DNA of 64,000 bases from Takakia lepidozioides (lineage: Eukaryota > Plantae > Bryophyta), in assembly GCA_030704615.1 (NCBI GenBank), contig CM060732.1, positions 7,130,001 through 7,194,000 on the forward strand, given 5' to 3'. The notes under the pieces are model-generated. The model saw only the letters and a list, made by a program, of their open reading frames with translations, was not told the DNA's origin and ran no database searches. The translations under genes and the position numbers were made by a program. Numbering within the stretch: position 1 is the stretch's first letter; every line of letters starts with the position of its first letter. Positions 38,394 to 52,041 of the stretch are shown one piece after another.

Positions 38394-40972
38394 GCAAACA
38401 TCACATCATACTTATACGGATCATACCAATATGTGATATGTTCTCTTTTTTTGCTAACTTGCAAATATATTCTCATTCCAGGGACTGGAGGTGTATGCTT
38501 TGAGGGGCTTTTCTTAGGAGCTTGCATCTTGGATCATGCCATGTTGAAAGATGGGAGCGGAGGAGCAAACAAAAGAGCAAAGCGAGGAGCAAATAGAAGA
38601 TCGAGCTCCGCGAGGAGCAAGCACAAGAGCAAACAGAGGAGGAAGTATAAAAGTGAGGTGCACGGGAAAAAACAAGAGAGCAAGCAAAAGAGAGCAAAGG
38701 GAGCGAGACGGCTGGGGAGCGTAACAAGAGAACAGAGAGGGGGGAGCGGAACGGGGGAACGGGGACACATGCACACAAATGAGGGGAACGGAGAGCAAGG
38801 GAGGGGGGGGGGGGGGGGGAGAGGGAGAGAAAGAAATAAAGAAAGAAAGAGAACGGAAACACAGAAGCAGAGACACGGGAAGCGAACAGTATGCCAACGC
38901 GGGAGACTGGATCACCTACCAATCCTCCCCCAACCATGTTATGTACTTAATCACCCTCACCTTGTCAGTCTCAAGCTCCGCAAACATCATGTATTCACTA
39001 ACATGTTACAACTCACAGATGACCTCCCTCACACCATTGTGAGTGGCCAATTTTCTCCCATTAGGGTCTATCTTTGGTCTTCACCAGGAAATGAATCCCA
39101 TCTGCCCTGCCACCATGCCTCCTGCAGTCTGGTTCTCAACCTCCTCCTTCATCTAGATTGAAGGAATCCCCACCATGGCTCTCCAAATTGACTCCAAGGA
39201 GTGGTTTTGGAGATTGCAAGCTCCTCATTCTTTATTCTTCTAGTATATTCAGCCAAACAGGCATATCAGGCTCTAATTCCAAGCCAAAGGCTTCATGATA
39301 AGTGGGAAAGCAGCTGATCACGTTACAATTTCACGGTTGGATGATTGCAAACTAGAGTGGACTAAAAACGGTAGATCATGAGTACATAAATAGTACATAA
39401 AGGAGGATGTGGCTAATCCTCAACCATCGGATTTGCTTCAATTGACAATCTTGACTGTCTATTATTGACTTTTAAAACCAAGATAATTACGATAATATCA
39501 ATTCACAATTTTTTTTTGAAATTTGATCATACTCAACTGTGCATTTATGGTGAATGAATGCGTCTAATGAAAAAAGTTTTGTTATTTCAAAAGAATTTAG
39601 TGATAAAGGACTTTATGAAAATAGCTATTTTTGAGGCTCAAAATAGTACATAATTTTTTTTTAACTTCATATTTTTGAATGATAGTTTTCATTCCAGATT
39701 CCTCATTCTCCAAAGCAAGTTTGAGAGAGTCCCTTTTCTTGACTTTGTTCTAATTCCTATATTAAAAAAATCCATAATGTCTGTTTTTATGGACTATGAC
39801 AATTCCTTATGGACTTTTTAAAAGTCCATAGCATCTAGAGATTATGGTTTTTGATAATGAGATTTAAAAGTGTGAAAGTATATGTAGATGAGCCTCTATA
39901 TGTTAGTCCCTTTTTATTGATGGCATTGTCATGTAGGAGTATGATAATTTACCACTATTCTATGTCTGGACAAACCAGTGTTATGATAGCAAAAAATGGA
40001 CAATGTAGGCTGCAATCACCGGGATGTAACCTAGAATAAAATTTGGAAGCTCATGTGGAAGCAGATGGGGTCCTGTAGTGCGAATCCTTGGTGTGTCTTC
40101 TTTTTTCCTGTGGTTTGAATTTGTTTAAGTCTAGTGATGAATTATTGTTTTCCATCCTTGATGGATGTCGGGATACGTTCATCGTGGAAAACCCTAGAAT
40201 TGCGGGATGTTATGTGTTGCGGGCTGTGGATGCGTTGAGTATGGAAGAATAGTCTGCTGAGTCGAGGCTCATCGTGAGCAATGCTCACTGCTGCATTTGA
40301 TTTCATGCAGCTCTTGGTGATTATACTATAGCGGCTGGTTTATGATAGGAGTTTATACTTAGTAGCTTCTGCAGCTTTTCTGCTTAGTATGGAGGCAGGC
40401 AATGCCTGGCAGGGCGGGAAGCTTGGGCGGCAAGAGGGTAGGCAGTCAGTTGGATTTAAGCCGGGGGCTTCATCGATGTCGGACCTTTATCCTGATAGTG
40501 GTGAGAGCGTAGCATGGAGAGAGAGAGGGAGAGGATGGAAGAGGAGAATTGATGTAGTGAAAAGACCAAAAAGTGTTTCAGGGACGTTGTACTATGGAGT
40601 TTTGGTGAACTGGAGATTTCGAAGGGAGAAACAAGCAACAGTTTTGGGGCATCTGGTGGTTATGTATTCATTGGGCTGAGAGCTGCTGTATGCAGCTGAT
40701 GGCTTGTTATCTCCACATGGTATCTCTGTAGTCTCTGTTTGTAGCATTTCATGTTTAGGTCATTTCGTGTATGTAGTTGCTGCTGTATCATTGGCAGTAT
40801 GAGTGTGTTCTAGTATGCAGTTGACTGACCAAGGGCTGCAGATAGGAAACTAACATGTAGTGCCAAACTTAGGCTTTGTATGGAAGGGTTTTTCTGTTCA
40901 TTTGTAGTGTAGCAGCTGCTTTGCCTTGTATGTAGCCAGCTGCTGGGAAATATGACACATAGGAATGAGGGA

Positions 40973-43470
40973 CATGTGAACATCTCAGAGTGGGATGGCT
41001 GGGTTGAACTTTTTGCATGCTTCATGCAACCTCTTTCATGAGAGAGTGCTTGAATTAGTGAGTGGGGTGCCAGTGATATCTAAATACTGTTGGGTAGCTG
41101 CATTTTCAGGGTGTTAGTTCTTATTCACAAGTTTGATTACTCCTTAGTCTGGTTTTCTTAGTTGGCATTATTTAGTGTTGCCATTTTATGTCATGGGTAT
41201 CAACACTTAGGTTGGGTGGTCATTGCTGGGTGTATCATTCTCCCTGGAATATTTCTGTAGTGTCATGAATCTAGTTAGCACTTTGATGTTTAGGTTACAT
41301 TAGGGTTTAGGTCTGATATCAACAATGAGAGTTGCAGGCCTTGGGGCCAAAGTTCTTGTCCAGCTCTTAGTGAGAGAAAATATGGGAAAGAGTGTAAGTG
41401 AACTACACTGTTTGGGCCATAAGCAATCCAATTCGTGGCTTCATGCCTGCTGATTGAACAATCATACATGCATTAGTAGGTGATCTAACCCCTGGGCATT
41501 GCCCTTCTAGAATGTATTGAGTTGGATCTCCAGGGATTCTGCTCCCGTATGCAATCACCACCAAGCTCAGCAAATCAAAACTATTAAAGCCTACCTGATT
41601 CTGTGATTTTTCTTCCGCTGTAGCACAGATGTGGAATGACAAGGGTCACTCTGATAAACTTCGGGTAATTTAGTGTAGAGAGTTTTAGGTCACTGTTTTG
41701 GTATCAAAGCCATTTGATTTCTTTGAGGAATGGATGTGTGGGTTTGCATGTGTACGTGAGTTGCATGTTTATGTCTGATGGCTGGCCGAGATAGGACTTT
41801 GATTCCTGATGAACCTAGCATTGGTGATGTCCTCATTTGCTTCAGTCAGAGGGGTTCTGCTGTCCATCCTGAACCAAGGCTTTACTTCTTCAACCCTGCT
41901 TGGCGTTTGTATGATGGTGATTTGTGCCTGAGGGTCATCCATGCTGGAGGTAGGAGTTCTATTGCCTTGGGGGAAAGAGAGAATGGTAATTGGGAGAAAA
42001 TAAACACTATGGCTAGGGAGGTCACCTGGGGAGGCAGAATTGAAATGCTTCGTGATAGTGATTGGGAATGGTACCGTGGGCAGAACTAGATCTGTTTGTT
42101 TTTGTGTGTGTGTTTGTTTGGCTATGTTGCTTCTTCCTTGGAAAAATCATCAGAGAAGGGTAGGAGGAGCCATCAAAATGACAAGGCCTGCAGGGGTTGA
42201 TGCCCCATTCTATGGTAGAGAGAGTGAGGGTGTCCATGACTGGGTAGATAGGATCCAGATGTTCGGTGATGTCCAAGATCTCACTGAAGATAAAATCTTT
42301 AAAGTAGCTAGACTAAACATGCGGTCTAAAGCTGATGAGTGGAACAAGAAAAAAACCCAAGGCCTGACAACTGGCCAGATTTTTTGAATGCTATAACTGC
42401 TAAGTTTGGCAATGTTGACTTAGCTGGAATCAAAATGTGGCTTGACTGCATTAAGCAAGAAAGCAAGCAGTGTGTGTAGGCTTACTATGATAAGCTTGGG
42501 AGGCTGTTTATGAAGGGACATATTCCTGATGTAGAGCAGCGAAAGAGGTTCATTGGGGGATTGAGGCCTGAAATCATGAGGGCCATGTTGGGAAGGAGGT
42601 TTAATGATGTTGAAGAGGCTCCGGAAACTGCAGTGGAGATAGAGAGAGGTCTTGGAAGATTGGGGGAGACACCCCTGGAGCCGATGGATAGGGAAGACCT
42701 TGATGATGTGGTGTATGTGAATCCTTATGGTAAGAAGCTTGACGCTCTTACTAATACCCTGCAAAGGTATTTTGATAAAGGGCCAGTTGTTGGAGAGGCT
42801 TCTGGAAGTCGGATGGCTACTGGAATGGTGAGGACATGTCACAATTGTGCAGAGAAGGGGTACATAGCTGCCACATGTATAGCGGGAGAGCGCAGATCAC
42901 TTGTGGGAAGTGCCACAGGGCTGGCCACCGGACTGAGATATGTGGGGTTAGATGCTCAATCTGCAAGGTGATGGGGCATCATGAGGGTACGTGCAGCCGG
43001 CGGGCAGAGTCAGACAATGCTGATACTCCTCAAACTAACTTTGTTGATGTGTATTGTGAGGACAAAGATGAGATCTTAGCTGAGATGATGGCTCTCATGG
43101 AGGAAAACAACATCAATGAAGTCAGGTTGCCCAAAAATCGTACTCCGCTGCCATTGTCATCTGCTGTCACTCCATCTTGAGAGGAGAGTGGAGAAGGAAC
43201 TAGTGCAGAGGCCACTGCTTCAAAATTTACAACACCTCCGACCAAGATGTCAAGAAATGTGGAAAGTGGCCCAAAATCCAGAATTCTCAGTCAGTTTTAT
43301 AAAGGTCGTATATCTTTGTCCCCCATGGATTTGATTATGTATGATCCTGGAGAGCTTGAGAAGCTGAAGGGCCTGGTTAAAGTTATGGAAAGAACCATGG
43401 TCCAGCAAAAAGAATTTGGTGGTGCTATGACTTTGGGCAGAACAGTTGCCCCAAAGTCCATTCTGAAACC
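40973..43470 (+). mobile_element. LTR retrotransposon 5' remnant: LTR (true start further left, unresolved), PBS-Met, decayed gag
   Basis: LTR homology to 34028-34812. TGGTATCAAAGC at 41699-41710. Gag FYGRESEGVHDW, IKQES..AYYDK, RFIGGLRPEI, and CHNC/CGKC/CSIC knuckles. Confidence 0.85.
41699..41710 (+). other. Primer-binding site complementary to initiator tRNA-Met
   Basis: TGGTATCAAAGC versus canonical TGGTATCAGAGC, directly after the LTR end. Confidence 0.85.
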
Positions 43471-43689
43471 TGTAAATCACACACTTCTCTATGTAATATT
43501 ACATAAACTTCTCTTCTAGCTAACACATAATGACACACCATATGCCATTCATAACCATGATAGTTATGTGTGTAGCTCTCTTAGGAAACTGAAAAGGAAA
43601 TGCAACTATGCGTTGATTCCATTTTCATGAGTAAGAAGATAAATAACATTGAACAGTACACAAAGCCAGATCTGAATCATGATATTTTA

Positions 43690-45937
43690 GGAAAAAAGAA
43701 AGGAGGAGCATATGTGCATACCTTTGAGTAATGAAAGAAGAGAGGTGAGGGAGAAACGAAGGTTGGGGAAGCTTCCCTCCTTCAGAAAGGCAATGGAAAT
43801 CCATAGAAGAGAATCCCTTCAGAAGCCATTGGTTTCAAGAATATGAATGAGATCAAGGATCTCTAGGAAGGCGACACTCACTGAACTTTTCCAAGTAGAG
43901 CAATGGAAAGATTTGTGAAATGATGGTGTTGTAAGACTGCTTCACGGGTCTATTAGACCTCAACATGATGGACTGAGTATATGAGAACGGGAGGAGTCTT
44001 CTCTTATCATACTTTTGAGCTATAAAAAGCCCAAGAGTCTGATCAGTCACTTCTATTTCCATGTTCGTAAAATGGGCTTTGACCCCTCTCGTAGGATCAC
44101 TAGGGGAGTAAGAAGCCACTTCAGGTTTGATCTCCACAAACTGTAAGGGATAAACCCAGAAGGGATTATCTTTATTGCGGATAGCATTTGGGTTTAAGAA
44201 TAGCATAGCAACGCCAACATTAAGCCAACAAATATCATCAATGTATCTTGATGCATGACGGAACCTTGCCATGAAATCAGTATGGCCGAGTGAGGCTAAC
44301 CGATTTATGAAATTGAACTCATAGTGGAGAAAATACAGATTACACCAAAAAGGGGAGCACGAGAAGCCCATGGGGATACCAGTAATTTGCTTCCATACTC
44401 TATCCCCCAAGTTGACAAAACAATGGTCCATCAACCATATGTGAAGAGCAATAAGTCGATCTTGTGTGAAACCAATCCACAAGTCAGATTTTGATTTAGG
44501 GGCACTATGTCCCCACCTTGTCTTTTCTGCTTTCATTGTACCATAATTGAAGTTGACCCACAAGTAGTGGTCAGCCCTCGTGTGGTTCCTCTGGTATTGT
44601 CTAAAGGCCATTGAAATCACATGGGATATAGCAATGCCTAAATTATCAGTCCCCTGTAAAGGGATAGCCTCGTAGCATTGAGCGATATCTGCCACAAATA
44701 TATCATGAATATGGGTAGGCAGATTGAGGCTGAATTCAATAATGGAGTCTACAATCCAATACATTGAAGATTGAACTCCAAGGAAGACTGAAAATTTCTT
44801 TTCGAACCCACATATCCATTCCTTCACAAGGGGCAAGAGAGCCATAGTGGCAACTGAATGAAGTTGTGCCACAGTTGAGAAAATACAGTAGTGGGCATTC
44901 GTAAGCCATCTATACTTTTTCTTATGCTCTTTGTATATTGCCATGAGATAGGGTAGAGACATAGCTGCAATAGGGAGTTCGGGGATAATACCTTCAAGCT
45001 CACTACTGATGTTAGCACAAATGTCTCTAGTGGTTATCCAAGAACCCTCAACCATACATGGTTTGAAGTCCTTACCTTGTAGCCGGTGGAAGGCTTGTAC
45101 CCTGATGTGCTTAATACACTGGAAACAAACGTTGTTGTTGGCTTTGTCCACCCCGGAAATATAAAGATGACTTAGGATCCAATTTAGTTCATCTACTACA
45201 TTTGGGCAGTTTAGCACTATTGGTCCAGAGACTTTGAGGCCACGGGCGTTTTTCCCTGCGGCTTTTCTAAGTATCTCCCAACAATAGTCAGTGAGCCACA
45301 CATGTGCAGCTCCCAACCATTCACATGAACTCAGGTTTAGCAAAGCACAAACCTGGTCCGAAGCAAGTTGGACTGAAGTGACAACCTCATGCAAGTACGA
45401 AGGACGCATGGGAATGTGATTCAGCCCACAAGCAAACAAATGTCTTAGTTGTGTATGTCTTATGATATTGACATCCATAGACCTTACATGTGCGAATGCT
45501 TCTGAATTCACAGCATGGAATTCATCCCTAGTCAAAGGATCAACAAAAGCTTGCAATCGCTTAGACTTGAAACAACCACATGTATTCAAAGGGTCAAAAA
45601 GCTCAACAAAAGTGAACTCCCTGAATACATCACTTGGTTTATAGATTGATCTACCAAAATGGTTATGATATTTCCAACCAAAGAGAATATCATTGACCAG
45701 TAGAGCCAATTCATGTTGCTCAAAAAAACCAAAAGTGGCTGAGACTACCTCTTTAACACAAATCCATTCCATTGCACGATTAGGATATAACACATGAACA
45801 TATCCAATCTTCTTCTCTTTTACTGGAGGTAAAAGGTAGAGACGTCCTAGTACATCAGATGTAATCTTGTCACACATCTCTGGAAACAGGAAGACATTCC
45901 GAAAAAGACTATTAGTTGATTGGAGACAAGTTGACAT
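43690..45937 (-). mobile_element. Penelope-like element reverse transcriptase, Naiad/Chlamys-like
   Basis: CGC..HVRSMDVNII..LRHLFACG, VDKANNN, ADIAQCYEAIP, WKQITGIPMGFSCSP..NLY, RYIDDI, KYDKR. Frameshift near the C-terminus (about 43890). Confidence 0.85.
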
Positions 45938-45965
45938 CGTATCTCCAGATCAGTACTTCAAAGAA

Positions 45966-46883
45966 TCACCACCGTAAAACACGTGCTTTGAGTGGAGACC
46001 TACTAACAGACTCCTGACTACTAGAAGGTGTACGATCAGAACCATTGTCAATTGTAGTCTCAGAGGAAGATGGAGACCATCCATCTTGCACCCTAGGAAT
46101 AGCAGGTGCTACAGTAGAGTTACGACCAGCGCCAACATGTCCGCGGCCATGTGAGTAAGTGCGGCCAGAATGGCGTCCTCCTGCTCTGGGCCTCCCACCA
46201 AACTGACCTCCTCTCGGGATGAGTGGAGGAGTGTTGTTGAAGGAGGTGCGTTGTTTCTTGTAGTAAGGAACTGAGCCAGGAATTGGCGAATTGAGGGAGA
46301 AACTCGGTGGTTTGATCAGCCTCTCAATCGTTCGTACCCCCGACTTCTCTCCATGCTTGGCCAAGAGCTTGCTAGATGGCGCAGACACAAACTCGGTCGC
46401 AACCTCTTTCATCAAATCTCTAGTACACATAAAGGTGATGTGTGCCAAGACCGCTGCCTTTGCAGAACCAGTCAACCAAATACAAAAAGCAATAAATTTG
46501 GTTTTGAGAGACAGAAATGCAGAAGGATAGAACTCCACCAGATTGTTGATTATGTACCAAACAGCTTGGTCAAACCATAGTAGACTACCCGTGCACCCAC
46601 CTTCTTTTGAGTTCGCCAAACTGCAAGGGCATCTCAAAAAGGGCCTATGCCAATTCCACCATGCTGTTCGGTGGTTATCATCACGACGAGCACCAGTATT
46701 CATGTTGCCCTTAGTGCAGACATGAATGCTTGTGCTCATCGCACATCTCTTGGGATCGTAAGCCGAAATTGGAAAGGCATTGGGGATTTCCACGATAGCC
46801 TTTAGAAACTGAAATCCATCAGCTGCTTTGGCCTTACAATCATCCACTTCAGCCTGTGAGATGTTGGCCCATGTGGAGATCAA
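45966..46883 (-). other. Open reading frame of unknown function directly upstream of the PLE RT
   Basis: 305-codon ORF on the same strand, 29 bp before the RT ORF, with Cys/Trp-rich and RG-rich parts. No family recognised. Confidence 0.4.
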
Positions 46884-48169
46884 TTGGTGCCAAGAGCTGC
46901 AGGTTAAAGAGTGTCCACATACGGTGACATTTCTCAGTAACCATCAATTCTACCGCCCTTGGAGGAGTGAGGGGAGCCACTGGTTCCTTTCCCCCACTAC
47001 TAATCAGATTGTTCCTTGACAGCTCAATTTGTGAGCTCTGAATCCCTTCCACATACTCTTCCAATGTGGCTCAATCCACATCTGGGATCGCCATCTTGTC
47101 CAAGAGAGGGTGCACTTGTGGTTTATCATTGAAGTCAAAAGCAGAATTAGCACTGATGTTGGCTGTGACAGGACTATCCGTATTGCTGGAATTAGCACGT
47201 TCGATGGCACAATCAATGTCCTTCATCAGCTTTTCAGTTTCACATTGGTTATCATTCTTGTTGGAGCAAGTCCCCTAGCTTAGAGTGTACATCACATAGA
47301 GTTTTTAGAGCATGGGGTCGGTCCGAGAAACATATCATCATGAGTCACGTCCATTCTCCCAAACCAAGAGTCTCAAGGAGTAAGGGTTCATGCACACCTT
47401 CCTCATTGATGTCATTCAGCGATGCCTTGTCCTTCTCTTGAACAAAGGCATGGAATGGGGGAAAGTCGACTGCAGCCAAACTGGCCTGCACACCAGGGAT
47501 AGGAGGTGGGAGAGGAGCCCCATAGCCAAGCGCCAACAAATCATTGTGCCAAGCAGGGCTATTTTGCATCTACACATAAGTAAATATACCATGTTAGAAG
47601 CAAAAAAGAAAAAGACAGAATAGAGTAAGAAACTGTTTGATGGTGTATTCAACGACCAAGAAGAATACTGGATAGAGGAGAGAGAGTGTTACATAGCATG
47701 TCAAAGCTAGAGAAGGAAACACTAAGCACATTGTGCTGTGTTTGCCTTCATTTAACGACATCAGACAGTCTAATTTAGGCACCATCAAACTGTCTCTACC
47801 CAGATCTGCCTCCATACCTCCCTTTACATTATACCCTTGTTGGAAAACCAGGTTTAAGGTCTACTAAGTGGCAATCACATGCACACTAGGTAGGGCCTTC
47901 TCATAAACAGATCTACCTCCTCACTTTCATATCATAGGAAGTAACAGTAGAAGTAGGAAGAACAGAACTGTCTCCTTACAAGTAACTCATTTCCATGTAG
48001 GTACCAGCTCATAGATCTATCAAACCAATAGAGCAAAAACAACAGTAGTATGTGTACAATCAACACGTACAAACAGATTTGAGATTTGAGAGAGCTCAAA
48101 GCCACTCCCTTAGTCTCTTACTCTTAGTAGCATTTCTTGCAACAAAATAAGGTGAAGTAGCATCAGGTG

Positions 48170-49070
48170 GATAGCTTTAAAGCATTTGTGGATAGGAGAG
48201 ATGGGAATGCAAAAATTTGTGTGGAGTGCCGAGATACTAGCGTTGTGAATGCCGTGTAACATGTGCCCTCTCTGTTGCCCTGCACATACAAAATGTGATC
48301 ATTAGAAAGAAGATGTGTATATGTACATCCATTGAGCAAGAACATGACAACATTGAACATGAAAGTAAATGAAGAATAGAAAGAAAACGCACACATTCAT
48401 TCCATCCATGAAAGTAAATGAAGAATAGAAAGGAAACTCACACATTCACTCCATCCATGATGGACATGAGGGAACCACGATTTTCAATGTCCGCATTGAG
48501 CACCCAACTCATGTCTTGACAAGTTGGCCCCATGAACTTCATTGATATAGGGATACCATGCTTGAAGCCTATGATTCTCATCTTAGACATGAAACATCTT
48601 CCTCCGAAGATGATGCAACTTTGGCTTGGACTCAAGATACTTCTCAAACTCATCATTAACTGTTTTCCAATGACTATCCCATGTAGAGATGATATCAGGA
48701 CTCACATCTAGATCCATCAATCCTCTCAACAGAAACGTAGAAGACGGCTGCTCCTGGATGGTATTTAGAGTAGAAGTCTCCTCTAAGCTTTAGGATGGCG
48801 TTGGCAAGGGCGGGCCTAACAACTTGCATAGAAATCATGCGATACAATGGAATATCCATAATTCCATCCTCAATGAGGAGGGACCTGAAAGTTACATTCA
48901 GATCTTGTTTCTTTTCCAGAATAATTATCTATTTGGCATCTAGAGAAAGAGGATCACCAGATGTTGTATCCTCTTCATACTCATCTGCCCCCCAATTCTC
49001 TGCATCAATGTCGTCAATAATGGCTACAAGCGTCCCGGTCTCCACAACTTCAGTTGTAGTAGTAATTTCC
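48170..49070 (-). pseudogene. ParB/Srx-like gene family copy 1 (N-terminal exons only, decayed; absent from ORF track)
   Basis: DIPLYRMISMQVVRPALANAILKLRGDF..GAAVFYVS, WDSHWKTVNDEFE, MFHV*DENHRLQAW, next exon ATERAHVT. Collinear with 61000-61600. Confidence 0.85.
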
Positions 49071-49329
49071 TAATTCCATAGACCAAAACAGTTCAGGATG
49101 TTAGTGTATGAGAAGAGTAAATATGTGAATGTATAATATGTAAAAAGAGCAGTTCAGTGTCATGTTGCATGAAGAAAACAAATGAATTTGGATAGTCAAC
49201 TAATTCCATGAATATCCTTGTCTTTCATAGCTTAAAACTTGGAGCAGAATACAGGCCTGAGCATCCCGACAGAGGACCTCCGACCACCTACGCCGGTGCA
49301 TATGACACATATGTGCAACCAACTTAGAA

Positions 49330-50450
49330 TTTCACAAGCTTTGGGGCCCTTGAAGAAATGTTTGTTCAAGGAGCTCCGAGCATATGCGCCGGCGCATACC
49401 ATGGAAGGGAGGAGCCAAACATACAGGAGCACCTTGAAAGATCAAACCAGGCCTATGGAAGCATGTGGGGTTGCGGAGGTGGCAACGTAGAAGTTTTGAG
49501 ATACTTGAATACTGTGATCAACCAAAATATGGGAGGTTCCCCAAGCGCCTGCGCCGACGGAGGTGACAACCTCGGCGCTTTGGAGCTTACGTAACACATG
49601 GAATATGCAACAAAAAACCAAGCTCCGAGCATCTCCGCCGGCGAAGACGCTTGCAGGAGGTTCCTGAAACCTATGAGTTGAGCAAAAAAAGATTGTGCTC
49701 AATGGGTATGCGCCGGCGGATATGACAGCCCAGCCCACTCGGAGCATCAACAACTTATGAGGATTGAGATGGAAGGGGGAGAGAACTTCCTGAAACATGT
49801 GAGTAGCCCTGCTCCACGGGTTTGCGTTGACAGAGGTGGCAGCCTTGGCGCTTTCGAGCTTGCGTAACACAGGGAATATGCAAAAAAAACCTAGCTCCAA
49901 GCGTCTCCGCCGGCGGAGACGCTTGCAGGAGGTTCCTGAAACCTATGAGCTGAGCAAAAAAAGAATGTACTCAATGGGTATGCGCCGGCGGATATGCCAG
50001 CCCAGCCCGCTCGGAGCATCAACAACTTTTGAGCATGCGGAAAAACAAAGGAGATGGAAAGGGGGAGAACTTCCTGAAACATTTGAGCAGCCCTGTTGCA
50101 CGGGTATGCGCCGGCGGATACGCTAGCCCAGCCCGCTCGGAGCATCAGCAAAGTATGTATGAGCATGCGGAAAAATAAACGGGATGGGAGTGGAGAGCAC
50201 ATCTTGAAACATGTGAGCATCCCAGCTCCAACAGTATGCGCTGGCGGAGGTGGCAGCCCAGCCCTTCCAAGCATCAGAAAAAACCAAGGAGAATGAGCTG
50301 TCTCCGCCGGCAGAGACGGTTGTGTATATGTGTGGAGATTCGCAAACATGTGAGAGTTGAAAGTGACTTAGGCATATGCGCCGGCGGAGGTGCTAGATTA
50401 GGAGCAGCTTGGTGGGGCATATGCGACGGCGCATATGCCTAAGTGCAGGC
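49330..50450. repeat. Array of GC-rich palindromes with core CGCCGGCG in higher-order ~280-bp units
   Basis: More than ten (t/a)(g/c)cgccggcg(g/c)a motifs. Perfect 28-bp palindrome CAAGCGTCTCCGCCGGCGGAGACGCTTG at 49898-49925. Confidence 0.85.
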
Positions 50451-50977
50451 CAAGTTCGCAGGTCATGAAATCGAAACAAAACTGCAGCTTATCTTCTCCG
50501 TCCGCAGCTTGTCTCTACCACGGGGGCTGCTATTTCATGAGCCATGAGCGGCATGAGCCATGAGCAGAGTCGTAAGTGTCGAAAAAAACATGAGCAGGAC
50601 TATTTTCCGGAAATGAGTGTCCGCGGGAATAGGGTTTAGGATGTCACGGTCGTAGGGGGAGAAGGACCTCCTGATGAAGGAGGTTCGGCAATGTTTTTTA
50701 GAATTACATATTGAAATGCAATGTTTCGCGAATGGTAGGGTGGTACTGTTCGGTACAATGGGGGCCCATTTTAGCCTACCAGCCATTTGCAAAATCCACC
50801 CACACTCCCAATCCCAAATGAAATGAGGAATGATGCATTCTGGGAACGATAGATACAGAATAGAATAAAAAGAGGGCACAATGGGGTTTTTATTGATCCA
50901 CATGAATTGCATTTGAAGCACGTCTACTGTGCTGATTGTGCAAACAAATCTTTAACCTTGTACCTTCTGAATACAAG

Positions 50978-51980
50978 TCACGTTGTCAATGGGACTTCGA
51001 CTGTTCTGAGAACTAGCTCATGAGTCATCAGGCTCCTCCACGTAAACTGGATTGCAGCCGTTGTACCGCCCCTGTTGATGTTCACCACAATGTCGTGTCA
51101 TTCAATCATACCACCATCGAATATGGAAAGCTTCACGTTTTCGTCGTCCACACCAATGCGAATGTCCCCATACAATGGAGAAGAAGAGCGCACTCCTTCA
51201 GGAGTATACGTCTCTCCGATGGAGTCCATCCACGTCCACTGGCAGCAGTTCCACCGCAACATCATAGCAGTGTGCATTCTTCTGCATGGGTGCCCGTCGT
51301 AGCTGGGAAAATCGGAATCAAGGATCGTCACCCCGCTCGAAGGCGTAGTGGCCTGGGATATACTCAAAAGCAGACAATGTTTCCACATTCGAACCAGTAT
51401 CTTTTGTGTAATCTGTGTACCAGATAACGATGTCTCCCGATGTGGCTGAATACATTGCATAATCGAAGCCTCCATAAGGGCAGTCGTCCCGGTTCCGGAA
51501 GCATGGCATCCTTGCAAAGGAGGACCTGAGGACGTCTTTGATGCCGATGACAATGACCTTGCGGACAACAACGAAGCCCTTAGATTTTCGAAATGAAAGG
51601 AAATGGGAGAGCAATGCGGGCTCCAATAATGGAGCATCTGGGTCCCACGTACCCACCAATCATCGTGTAACGTGTTCATCACGCCAGCGGTGGATGAACC
51701 GATACCTCTTTCTCATCCACGAGGTATAGTTTGAAATCTGCCACCGAAGTCCATCCCTCGGATGGAAATTCGGCACCGCATTTACATCGAAGGGGGGATG
51801 GACTTCGTCGTCTCGAGTGGCTATAGGCCCACCTGGCACATGGCAGGGAAGGAAACTGAAACGGCTACATTCATGGAGCAGCCAATCTTCATCCGTGCAG
51901 GTTCTTGTAGGGGGAAATTTAAATGTGCCCTGGAGTGTTTGTGAGGAATTGTAGTGTTTACTTGAACTTCTTCCAGCCAC
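50978..51980 (-). pseudogene. Unknown protein, paralog A (internal stops and frameshift)
   Basis: MPCFRNRDDCPYGGFDYAM..SGDIVIW..YAFERG / CQWT..PLYGDIRI..GGMIE*HDIVV..IQFT..ELVLRTVEVP aligns with 52042-52611. Confidence 0.75.
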
Positions 51981-52041
51981 CGCGCTGCTGCCTCCTCCAT
52001 CTGGGAGCTGCTGTCATTGAGCATACTCTCTTTTTTCAAGG

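Noticed and set aside
38391-39161. 256-aa Lys/Arg/Gly-rich ORF
   Set aside because: Low-complexity purine-rich repeat with a G homopolymer, no domain.
47190-47245. Hammerhead ribozyme core (CTGATGA) upstream of the PLE
   Set aside because: No convincing stem II followed by GAAA could be built by eye.
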